From Carpediemonas membranifera BICM (Eukaryota; Protista; Fornicata), in contig JAHDYR010000069.1 in the NCBI GenBank assembly GCA_019828565.1, positions 663,794 through 727,793 on the forward strand: a stretch of 64,000 bases of DNA, read 5' to 3'. The translations under genes and the position numbers were made by a program. The stretch's first letter is position 1, and every line of letters starts with the position of its first letter. Below the pieces are notes generated by a model that saw only the letters and a program-made list of their open reading frames with translations, searched no databases and was not told the DNA's origin. Below are positions 10,584 to 18,935 of the stretch, one piece after another.

Positions 10584-13500
10584 CTATGTTCTTCTCTGCA
10601 GAGCATGCTGTGAGATTCGAATGGCCTCTTCACAGTATCTATTCACCGAATCGATCGACTTCCAGCCTCCTAGTGCCTGAATAATCAATGGGGAACGCCC
10701 TTCATCGATCATGTGAACGACGGCTCCACGTCTGAAGCTGTGTCCTGTTGCCTTGAAGACCTCGTTGACGTCCATGATCATCTCCCATCTGCGCCACCTT
10801 GTTGCTGTCAGTGGAAGGCAGTTGTCTCTCAGCAGGCTCTCGGTGTGCTGTATGGATCTCCACAGGGGTCCTTCCGTCTGAATGTCGTTGAGGTGTGCTC
10901 TCAGCCACTTGGCTGGGCTTAAGCCTCCTGCTGCTAGTAGTGGGATCAGCTTCACCATGGGCTCATCCCTGGTCTTGGATCTTCGAATAGTGATCTCGTA
11001 GCCCTCTCTCACCCGCCGAACGTCGGTCGTGAGTAAGCTCATTATCTCCCCTGATCTGCTGACGGTGGAGAAGCACGTCAGTCCGAAGGCTACTGCCTGC
11101 GTGAGCGCCGGTGACTTGGTCTTGCGCGCCGCGGCTGCTGCTCTCTTCAGCTGCTCGACTGTCACCGGGTATGCCTTTCCAGTCTTACGACCCACAGTGA
11201 GCTCGCATTTGCCGGCCATTCTTGCACACGCGCGTATAAGAGCCCTGTGGATGGGTGAGCTCTCCAGACCATGGTTGATCGACTCTAGGCCAGTCCTGAT
11301 ATTTGCTTCCTTGACGAGGAATGTGTCCTTGGCAATGAAAGGGATCTCTTGTATCATGTAGTGTAGGAGGTAGTCGTCATCAGGCGCCATCTGTGCGATC
11401 TCTTCGACTTCTGCTCTCCAGTCTGCGTCCCTAATGCGTTGTGCCATCTCGCCCAGGAAAACGGCTGTTTCTGCCCTTGCTCCTACCGTGTCTCTGTTCT
11501 CTCCAGCTTCCTCCTCTTCCTCCATCATACGTTCTGCAAAACTGATGTACTTTGCCGTCTCCACGGCTATGCGCTCTCGGGTGCTCCGTTCCCGGTCCCT
11601 GATGAGTGCTGCTCCGAGTATCTGATCTCTGAGGCCTGTCTCGAACTCTCTGGGGCTTCTTCGCCACCTGTGCTCCTCCTGTCTTCCGCTGGCGATACGT
11701 TCTCTCGCTCTCTGTTGCAGGACTCCCCCGGCTGTGAGGACGAGGTCTCTGTGGCGATCGGGATCCAGTAGGCTATGAACGTCGCTCTCTGCTTGCCTGT
11801 GAAGAGGCTCCCTATCTCCGTGTGGGCCCACCAGCTGGTCGGGAACGCTGCCTCGAACCAGTCCTGTGCTATGGCTGCCAGTCTGGCGTTGGAGTTCGTC
11901 CTGCGTTGTGGTGCGATGACTAATAGGCCTCTCTGCTGCAGTGCGGGGTGCGTCTCGTCTGACGTGGCGATCTCCTCCGCCCTGGCGATGACCTTGTCCA
12001 GTAGGCTGACTGGTGGGACCGCCAATGACCTCATCTCTGACCAATTGCATGTAAATGCGTCCGTCTGGAAGTCGTGGTCCTCCGGCAGGAATCTCTCCGC
12101 GCAGAAGAGTGATCGGTCTGCTGACCCCCATCGTTCCAGCGCGCTCTGGAGCATCGCCGCGGGTGAGTTCCAGTCCAGCTTCCGGTACCTGGACAGCCCG
12201 TCGGCAGTCGTGTTGTATCTCCCTGGAATGTGCTTGGTTCTTATCCTGCAGCCAATCTCGAACAAGTAGTCGTGAAGCTTCACAATCGTCCTTCTGATGT
12301 GTCGGGGAGCTCTGGTGCTTGACTTCAGGACCCATGAAAGCGCTGATGTGTTGTCCCCGGCTAGGAGTAGGTCCCTCTCCTGAATGTCGCTCGTCCATCT
12401 CCGCAGGCCTTCCTCCATTGCCCATAGCTCCTTCGCGTTGATGCTCTTGGAGCATTGTGCCTCTGAGAACCTGCCCTGGATGTTGAGGGACGTGTCTTCG
12501 ACAAACAGCGTCGCGCCGAACGCATAGTCCGACGCGTCGGTCTCCATACGAAGTACCTGGCCTCTTGGGCCGAAGTACCATGCCGGATCGGATGATAGCT
12601 GTCTGGCCCACCACCGCAGGTCCGTTCGTAGGTCCTGGGGCAGGCTGGACTTTGTGTACCGCACTCGGTCGTCGCAGCCAGCGATCCTGACCTGCAGCTC
12701 TCTGAGCCGGACAAGTGCCCGCGTCCCTAGTGCGAACCGGCAGAAGAGTAGCTTTCCGTGAAGGGTCTGAAGGTCCCGCTTTGTGTGTCTCTTGAGTTGC
12801 AGGTTGGCTATGAGACTGCTGTACTGAGCCCTCTTCTCCTCTGGCAGCGACATCGTCATCTCGCGCAAGTCGACTATCACGCCCAAGTAAGTTACCCTCT
12901 GGGACGGGGTCAAGTGGCACTTCTCTCTCGATAGGACGACTCCAAGTGAGTCCAAGATCTCTAAGATCCGTGGGACCTGGGCGCTCAACGACTCTCTCGA
13001 GCGACTGATTATGAGCAGATCGTCCAGATACACGTATATTATCAGTCCTTCGAGAAGTGAGCGCAAGATCTTCGCCATCTGTGACGTAACCGACTGAAAC
13101 TGCCGTGGCGCCGTTGAGAGGCCGAAAGGGAGTCCTCTCCATCTGTATTGTTCTCCCTCGAACGAGAATCCGAGTTCCTGTCGTGAGTTCTCCTCCACTA
13201 GGAGCTGGTAGTACCCGGACTTCATGTCCAATGTTATTCCCCACGAGTTTCTCGGAACGCCATGCTGTATCTCTGCTAGGCCCTTCAGCCTGAATGTTAG
13301 GTCTTCTTGGTATGCATTGACCGGTCTCAGGTCGTGTATCAGACGGTAGCTGCCTGCGATCTTCTTCTCTAATGTAAACAGGGGGCATATTGTCGTCGCC
13401 TCGCCCTTCTCTATTGCTTTCTGTTGCAGTAGCTCCTCTAGTAGAGCCTTCATCGTGTCTGTCTCCTTCTGGAGGTGCGCATTGAGCGCCGGTGCTGCCG

Positions 13501-13700
13501 GGGTGACCTTCACTCCCTCTCGTAACAGTTGCACCACCTCCCTGCTGGCCCCGAGGGCCTCCCACCTCATCCACCGACGGCTCATCGAGCCCGTCAGCCC
13601 CTGTATACACTGGGTGGAGGTGTCTTGCTGATCTTCTTGTGCTTCTTCTCTTTCCATTGCAAACAAACTCTTCGAAGTATATCGAGCCTTTTATAGTCAT
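10584..13700 (-). CDS. Tyrosine recombinase ORF (copy 3) with long N-terminal frame overlapping RT
   Basis: SRSGE, RSKT, GHSFRRG, LGGW and VNRY in the C-terminal ~330 aa. Confidence 0.9.
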   Translation of the reverse strand: MTIKGSIYFEEFVCNGKRRSTRRSARHLHPVYTGADGLDEPSVDEVGGPRGQQGGGATVTRGSEGHPGSTGAQCAPPEGDRHDEGSTRGATATESNREGRGDDNMPPVYIREEDRRQLPSDTRPETGQCIPRRPNIQAEGPSRDTAWRSEKLVGNNIGHEVRVLPAPSGGELTTGTRILVRGRTIQMERTPFRPLNGATAVSVGYVTDGEDLALTSRRTDNIRVSGRSAHNQSLERVVERPGPTDLRDLGLTWSRPIEREVPLDPVPEGNLLGRDSRLARDDDVAARGEEGSVQQSHSQPATQETHKAGPSDPSRKATLLPVRTRDAGTCPAQRAAGQDRWLRRPSAVHKVQPAPGPTNGPAVVGQTAIIRSGMVLRPKRPGTSYGDRRVGLCVRRDAVCRRHVPQHPGQVLRGTMLQEHQREGAMGNGGRPAEMDERHSGEGPTPSRGQHISAFMGPEVKHQSSPTHQKDDCEASRLLVRDWLQDKNQAHSREIQHDCRRAVQVPEAGLELTRGDAPERAGTMGVSRPITLLRGEIPAGGPRLPDGRIYMQLVRDEVIGGPTSQPTGQGHRQGGGDRHVRRDAPRTAAERPISHRTTTQDELQRQTGSHSTGLVRGSVPDQLVGPHGDREPLHRQAESDVHSLLDPDRHRDLVLTAGGVLQQRARERIASGRQEEHRWRRSPREFETGLRDQILGAALIRDRERSTRERIAVETAKYISFAERMMEEEEEAGENRDTVGARAETAVFLGEMAQRIRDADWRAEVEEIAQMAPDDDYLLHYMIQEIPFIAKDTFLVKEANIRTGLESINHGLESSPIHRALIRACARMAGKCELTVGRKTGKAYPVTVEQLKRAAAAARKTKSPALTQAVAFGLTCFSTVSRSGEIMSLLTTDVRRVREGYEITIRRSKTRDEPMVKLIPLLAAGGLSPAKWLRAHLNDIQTEGPLWRSIQHTESLLRDNCLPLTATRWRRWEMIMDVNEVFKATGHSFRRGAVVHMIDEGRSPLIIQALGGWKSIDSVNRYCEEAIRISQHALQRRT
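11567..13666 (-). CDS. RT-RNase H-MT polyprotein (copy 3)
   Basis: YRLIHDLR, LDMKSGYYQL, GLPFGL, VYLDD, ETDASD, INAKE, GDN, ADGLSR, DAFTCNW..AVPP. Confidence 0.95.
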   Translation of the reverse strand: MFAMEREEAQEDQQDTSTQCIQGLTGSMSRRWMRWEALGASREVVQLLREGVKVTPAAPALNAHLQKETDTMKALLEELLQQKAIEKGEATTICPLFTLEKKIAGSYRLIHDLRPVNAYQEDLTFRLKGLAEIQHGVPRNSWGITLDMKSGYYQLLVEENSRQELGFSFEGEQYRWRGLPFGLSTAPRQFQSVTSQMAKILRSLLEGLIIYVYLDDLLIISRSRESLSAQVPRILEILDSLGVVLSREKCHLTPSQRVTYLGVIVDLREMTMSLPEEKRAQYSSLIANLQLKRHTKRDLQTLHGKLLFCRFALGTRALVRLRELQVRIAGCDDRVRYTKSSLPQDLRTDLRWWARQLSSDPAWYFGPRGQVLRMETDASDYAFGATLFVEDTSLNIQGRFSEAQCSKSINAKELWAMEEGLRRWTSDIQERDLLLAGDNTSALSWVLKSSTRAPRHIRRTIVKLHDYLFEIGCRIRTKHIPGRYNTTADGLSRYRKLDWNSPAAMLQSALERWGSADRSLFCAERFLPEDHDFQTDAFTCNWSEMRSLAVPPVSLLDKVIARAEEIATSDETHPALQQRGLLVIAPQRRTNSNARLAAIAQDWFEAAFPTSWWAHTEIGSLFTGKQRATFIAYWIPIATETSSSQPGESCNRERENVSPAEDRRSTGGEEAPESSRQASEIRYSEQHSSGTGNGAPESA

Positions 13701-13729
13701 CGGGTTCAGGCTTAACCCTTCTCTGGCCT

Positions 13730-14269
13730 CTACTGGGCCCGCCCCGGTCCGAGGTCGGTTGCCGGGGCACGACGGTTGTTGTTGTTGAAGCGGGGAGAGT
13801 TGCGGCTGAAGCCGCCGAAGCCTCTCTGGAACCGCTTGGGTCGAGGAGGCGGTGGGGTGGCCTTGGCCGCCTTGGCGGCCAGCACTACGAAGCGTTGCGC
13901 GTCTCGTTCTTCTCTCGAAATAGCCATGAAGTAGCGCGCAGCGGTGTCGGAGTGGCTGTCATATAGCCGTAGGAACTCGAGTCTGCGCTCGAAGACCGCC
14001 TCGATCGCGGCTTCGATCTGGTTGACGCGCGTCATCTCCGGGTTGTTGAGGATACCTCTGATGTCGGCAAGTGTCTCGCGGAGGTGGTCGTACTCCTTAG
14101 CAACGGCTCCTATCCGAGACGGGCGTCTCGGGTCCCGTGTACTGTCCTTAACCGATGAAACCTCCGAACGGAGTGCCGTAATGACGTTCTGCTGCTGTTG
14201 TATGAGCTCAGCAAGGCTCTCCATGGTGACAGGCGGCGGATCAGCGTTATCCGTGTCGCCTTCGGCCAT
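13730..14269 (-). CDS. ORF1/Gag-like protein (copy 3)
   Basis: First ATG (MAEGDTDN) at 14269; homologous to ORF1 of copy 2. Confidence 0.8.
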   Translation of the reverse strand: MAEGDTDNADPPPVTMESLAELIQQQQNVITALRSEVSSVKDSTRDPRRPSRIGAVAKEYDHLRETLADIRGILNNPEMTRVNQIEAAIEAVFERRLEFLRLYDSHSDTAARYFMAISREERDAQRFVVLAAKAAKATPPPPRPKRFQRGFGGFSRNSPRFNNNNRRAPATDLGPGRAQ

Positions 14270-14718
14270 CCTCACGGTTTCTGCTGGAGGGATACGATCT
14301 GCTCGCGATCGGGACGGATCAAGACCGTATCCACAATCATATCTTTCGAGATTTTCTAAATATTTTGGCCATCTTTCTCGTGTCCCCGGAATCCTGTTCT
14401 GACACACCCTGACCCAGCAGTGTCAGGGGCGTGAGCCACGCCCGAGGCGTGATAGCTTACATATCGATGATATGCCGACCATTTGGTCGACGATAATCGA
14501 CTATTCCAAATTGATGCATCCCGCCATCTAACCTTGCGATGGTACCCCTGAGCCTTCCTCTACTGCACTTATGACCTTCTGTGCCGGTTATACGTGGCAT
14601 ATGTAATTCCTGTTCCGAATCCGAGAAACATCCATTTCTCTAACTCTTGCCTGATTCTTTTCCCCTCGTTCCGTTTCATCTCCCTTTATCGCTACAATGC
14701 TCTCTTATGTCCTATATT

Positions 14719-15699
14719 CTATGTTCTTCTCTGCAGAGCATGCTGTGAGATTCGAATGGCCTCTTCACAGTATCTATTCACCGAATCGATCGACTTCCAG
14801 CCTCCTAGTGCCTGAATAATCAATGGGGAACGCCCTTCATCGATCATGTGAACGACGGCTCCACGTCTGAAGCTGTGTCCTGTTGCCTTGAAGACCTCGT
14901 TGACGTCCATGATCATCTCCCATCTGCGCCACCTTGTTGCTGTCAGTGGAAGGCAGTTGTCTCTCAGCAGGCTCTCGGTGTGCTGTATGGATCTCCACAG
15001 GGGTCCTTCCGTCTGAATGTCGTTGAGGTGTGCTCTCAGCCACTTGGCTGGGCTTAAGCCTCCTGCTGCTAGTAGTGGGATCAGCTTCACCATGGGCTCA
15101 TCCCTGGTCTTGGATCTTCGAATAGTGATCTCGTAGCCCTCTCTCACCCGCCGAACGTCGGTCGTGAGTAAGCTCATTATCTCCCCTGATCTGCTGACGG
15201 TGGAGAAGCACGTCAGTCCGAAGGCTACTGCCTGCGTGAGCGCCGGTGACTTGGTCTTGCGCGCCGCGGCTGCTGCTCTCTTCAGCTGCTCGACTGTCAC
15301 CGGGTATGCCTTTCCAGTCTTACGACCCACAGTGAGCTCGCATTTGCCGGCCATTCTTGCACACGCGCGTATAAGAGCCCTGTGGATGGGTGAGCTCTCC
15401 AGACCATGGTTGATCGACTCTAGGCCAGTCCTGATATTTGCTTCCTTGACGAGGAATGTGTCCTTGGCAATGAAAGGGATCTCTTGTATCATGTAGTGTA
15501 GGAGGTAGTCGTCATCAGGCGCCATCTGTGCGATCTCTTCGACTTCTGCTCTCCAGTCTGCGTCCCTAATGCGTTGTGCCATCTCGCCCAGGAAAACGGC
15601 TGTTTCTGCCCTTGCTCCTACCGTGTCTCTGTTCTCTCCAGCTTCCTCCTCTTCCTCCATCATACGTTCTGCAAAACTGATGTACTTTGCCGTCTCCAC
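14719..15699 (-). CDS. Tyrosine recombinase domain (copy 4), separated from its upstream frame
   Basis: Protein identical to the C-terminus of 10584-13700. Confidence 0.85.
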   Translation of the reverse strand: METAKYISFAERMMEEEEEAGENRDTVGARAETAVFLGEMAQRIRDADWRAEVEEIAQMAPDDDYLLHYMIQEIPFIAKDTFLVKEANIRTGLESINHGLESSPIHRALIRACARMAGKCELTVGRKTGKAYPVTVEQLKRAAAAARKTKSPALTQAVAFGLTCFSTVSRSGEIMSLLTTDVRRVREGYEITIRRSKTRDEPMVKLIPLLAAGGLSPAKWLRAHLNDIQTEGPLWRSIQHTESLLRDNCLPLTATRWRRWEMIMDVNEVFKATGHSFRRGAVVHMIDEGRSPLIIQALGGWKSIDSVNRYCEEAIRISQHALQRRT

Positions 15700-16934
15700 G
15701 GCTATGCGCTCTCGGGTGCTCCGTTCCCGGTCCCTGATGAGTGCTGCTCCGAGTATCTGATCTCTGAGGCCTGTCTCGAACTCTCTGGGGCTTCTTCGCC
15801 ACCTGTGCTCCTCCTGTCTTCCGCTGGCGATACGTTCTCTCGCTCTCTGTTGCAGGACTCCCCCGGCTGTGAGAAAGAAAGAAAGAAATTTATGGTGCTT
15901 GGATTCTGACCCCGGACTGAGCTTGTTTCCCGTTGTCTTGGAGCTGAGTGCCCCGGGGTACTGCCTATTTCCCGTGGCAAACTGGTCAGCAGCGTTTGCC
16001 TTGGGCTTTCGGTGCTACTGTCTCCGCGGAAAGCCGATTCCAATCGCCCCAGAGGCCCTGCGGCCATCTCCGTGCAAATATGCTTTCCTGTCTCCCTGAA
16101 AGTCCGGCAACTATCCGGGGAGCCTGGGGGTCTGTCCTCGGGGCATTGATAGGCAGGATCGTCCTGCAGAACCTTGACTATGACACTCCTTGCTTCCCTG
16201 CAGTCCTTGTAGAGCCGTTCAGCCACGGCACCCTCTCGTCTGTCCGGTTCCCCAATTCCATGCCCCCTCGACTCTGTTAAGAAGCCTACCCGAAGGCGGG
16301 GAAAGTGACTAAGTCCATGCTGTCTACCCCGGTTAGGTGGCGTGGGTCAGGGCATGGGTGGTGTACCCCCAGGCACTAGGCCTGGTTGTCCTGTTACCCC
16401 TTACAACATTTCGCTTGCACTACATGTCCTTGGTTTCCCATGTCGTTAACAAGGGCGGCAGGGGCACCTGTGCCCCTCCGACCCCCGTGGCCAGTCCCTG
16501 CAGTTTCCTTGGGGTCCCAACGAGTGGTGCAACCATATGAATATGGATTTCCTTGACCTTATCCTTGCTCTGTCCTTGTTGCATGTCCTTTCTTTCTTAT
16601 TTCTGGTCTGTCCTTCCTGTTATTTCCTTGCAGTCGTTCCTTCCATTGCTTTGGTTCCTGGCTACCGGGATACGTGGGGCCTTTCCTCACTGATCCCAGG
16701 AGCTTAGCACCCAGCGAGGGTGGTCCATGGCTGATTCCTTGTCCATCCCTTCCCGGTCCTGGAGTCAGGGGTTCATGACATGCTTCTATTCCACCTTGAA
16801 GCTGTTGTAAACCTTTGCCAGTTCCCGTAGTCCTGCCGTGAGGCCTTCCCAAATGTCCTCCGAGCCCCATATTATTAGTTGCTGTAATTCTAGGATGGGT
16901 CTTTCCTGGTACCATTCACCCTGGGGGCCCTGCC

Positions 16935-17609
16935 TTACTTCCAAGTCCTTAGTTTTGTGCTTCGCTGTATGATGGCTTTGAGCCTGTGCTTCTCCATCAT
17001 ATCCTTCCACCGGGTGGATCTTTCCATCTGGCCTGGGTCGATGTTCCAGTCTCCCATAATTATGGCCTCCATGCTCCCTTTCATGTCCATGATCTTCTGT
17101 ATAGTGTCCCTGAATCCATCCTTCTCCTGCTTGCTGTGGCCGGATGGAGGGCCATACACGTTGATGACTAGTATGTCCCTGCCGGTTCTCATTATGCTGG
17201 CTTGCACTCTTCCCGATAGGCTGTCCGTTATGCCGATGTCCCACTTTGCAGTTGCGTGTGGGCTCACTATCGTGCCGATGCCTTCCCTTGTTCCCTTCCA
17301 TCTTGGCGCAGGTTCGTCATTGCCTGCTATGCCTAGTTGTCGGTTGATGCGGTGCTGACTTTTGACATCCGCCTTTCGTTTTTCGTTGGCTAAGACCAGG
17401 TCCTCTTCCGTCTCCCTCCCTGCTAGTGCGTAGTCAAGGTCCATGAAGCAATGAACCCTCGTATTCGCCGTTCTCCATGTCTCTTGTATGAGTACTGCCT
17501 CTATGTCCTTCAACCTTAGCTGAATCGCCGTTGCCATAGACGCCGTGAAGTCCTTTCCTCTTCCTATGTGTCCCTCTGTGTTCAGACTAAGTATCTTGTA
17601 GGTTACCAT
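16935..17609 (-). pseudogene. APE/EEP endonuclease (start of ORF2), degraded downstream
   Basis: ILSLNTEG, VLIQETW, VINVYGP and IIMGDWN motifs; premature stop before the SDH motif; about 1 kb of broken frames follows. Confidence 0.85.
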
Positions 17610-18075
17610 TGCCTTTGTCCGGTTTCCTTATCCTGCGAATTCCCAGAATTTGGGAGCCCCAGCTTCCCGCTCCTCTCCTGCTATCCTTGTCCTAACAAGG
17701 GGCCTAGATGCCGGTCTCGGTGACCCTTGTCAGGCCAACCTTGTTACCACCTGGTGACCTTCCATTCTTCGGGCAGGGGTACTTAGGAGGGGGACGATAT
17801 GACGTGACCCCCCTTTGGCTGCCGCTACAGCCTACCGGCAGTGCATTTCAGCTAATGCCGGGCCCTGGGTGGGAGCCAGGGCTTGTGAATTATAAAGAAA
17901 ATGTTGCTTGTTCCTTGAAAGAATACTGCTTTACCATGTCCTTACTCCTCCTCCGTGGACTCCCCCACTGCCGCTGCAGCTGTCCTCGGCCTGACTCACT
18001 TGCTGTCCTTGTAGACTCTGCATTACCGTGATGAACTGGGTCATCAGGTCCATGGGTGAGATCTGCTTGGCCTTC

Positions 18076-18894
18076 TTAGCCTTCTTGTGCTTGTGCCGGG
18101 GGGATCGTGGGCTTCTCCTTGCTGGGCTTAGTCGCGACGCCGGAGAGCACCAACCTTCCGTGGCCTTGCTCTTGCATGAGTCGGGCAGCCTTGAGCGCTG
18201 AGATCTCTTGTTGCGCCTCTGCCAACTGCTTTCGGAGCCGCAGCTTCTCCGAGTCCATGCCGGTTGCCTGTCTGCTTCCAGACTCCCAGTCCATGTCCTC
18301 TTCGTGCCTGCTTCTCTTTCCGCTGTCCGAGTCCATGATCCTACTCGTGCTGCCCTCCTTGCGCTTGAGCGTCGTGGAGGAAGAGTGATCCTTGCTGTTG
18401 TCCATGCCTCCCTCTGAGCCTCTACCGGCCCAGGTGTTCCCGCTGAACGAGCCTCTCATCTGCGTTACCGTGTTGTCCTGTCTCTCCCTGTCGTCTCCTC
18501 CGTGGTTACGATCCGAGGTCCTGTTCATGTTACCAGCTCTGTCGCCGGTTCTGTCGTCAGCTCTGACACCAGCTCTACCGCCGGCTCCGTGTCCTACCCT
18601 TCTGTCCTCTTCCCTGTCTCCATGCTGGTCGTGATGTCCTTGATCCGCGTCCTGGCCGAAGTGCCTGCCCACCATCCTGGTGCTAATCCGCCTCGCCTTT
18701 TCCTCCAGGCCGTTGTCGAAGAACCTACTTTGGTATGGCTGTTCGGACTTTCCGTCGATGGTGGGGACATACGTGATGCCTGGGACATTGACTGTGTTGG
18801 CTCTGGGCTCGTCCGGGATAGCTGCCGAGACTAGTCTGGCCCCTTCCTTGCGCATGCGGCTTAGGATGGTCCCAGCCTCGCTGACCCTGACCAT
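18076..18894 (-). CDS. Low-complexity/coiled-coil protein, possibly the frameshifted C-terminus of ORF1
   Basis: Directly follows 18936-21449 on the same strand; G/C homopolymers lie at the junction. Confidence 0.45.
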   Translation of the reverse strand: MVRVSEAGTILSRMRKEGARLVSAAIPDEPRANTVNVPGITYVPTIDGKSEQPYQSRFFDNGLEEKARRISTRMVGRHFGQDADQGHHDQHGDREEDRRVGHGAGGRAGVRADDRTGDRAGNMNRTSDRNHGGDDRERQDNTVTQMRGSFSGNTWAGRGSEGGMDNSKDHSSSTTLKRKEGSTSRIMDSDSGKRSRHEEDMDWESGSRQATGMDSEKLRLRKQLAEAQQEISALKAARLMQEQGHGRLVLSGVATKPSKEKPTIPPAQAQEG

Positions 18895-18935
18895 GCCCCC
18901 AGTCTCTCGGGATGAAGCTCGCCCCTAGGGTGATC

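Larger units (their letters stand above)
10035..14475 (-). mobile_element. PAT-like YR retrotransposon, copy 3 (family III), apparently intact
   Basis: A repeats 14249-14475 and 10115-10340; B repeats 10341-10380 and 10035-10074 (40 bp); three uninterrupted ORFs. Confidence 0.95.

Noticed and set aside
5491-14515. Short palindromic 38-40-bp repeats as a CRISPR array
   Set aside because: They are the B repeats of YR retrotransposons, spaced by hundreds to thousands of bp; no cas genes.
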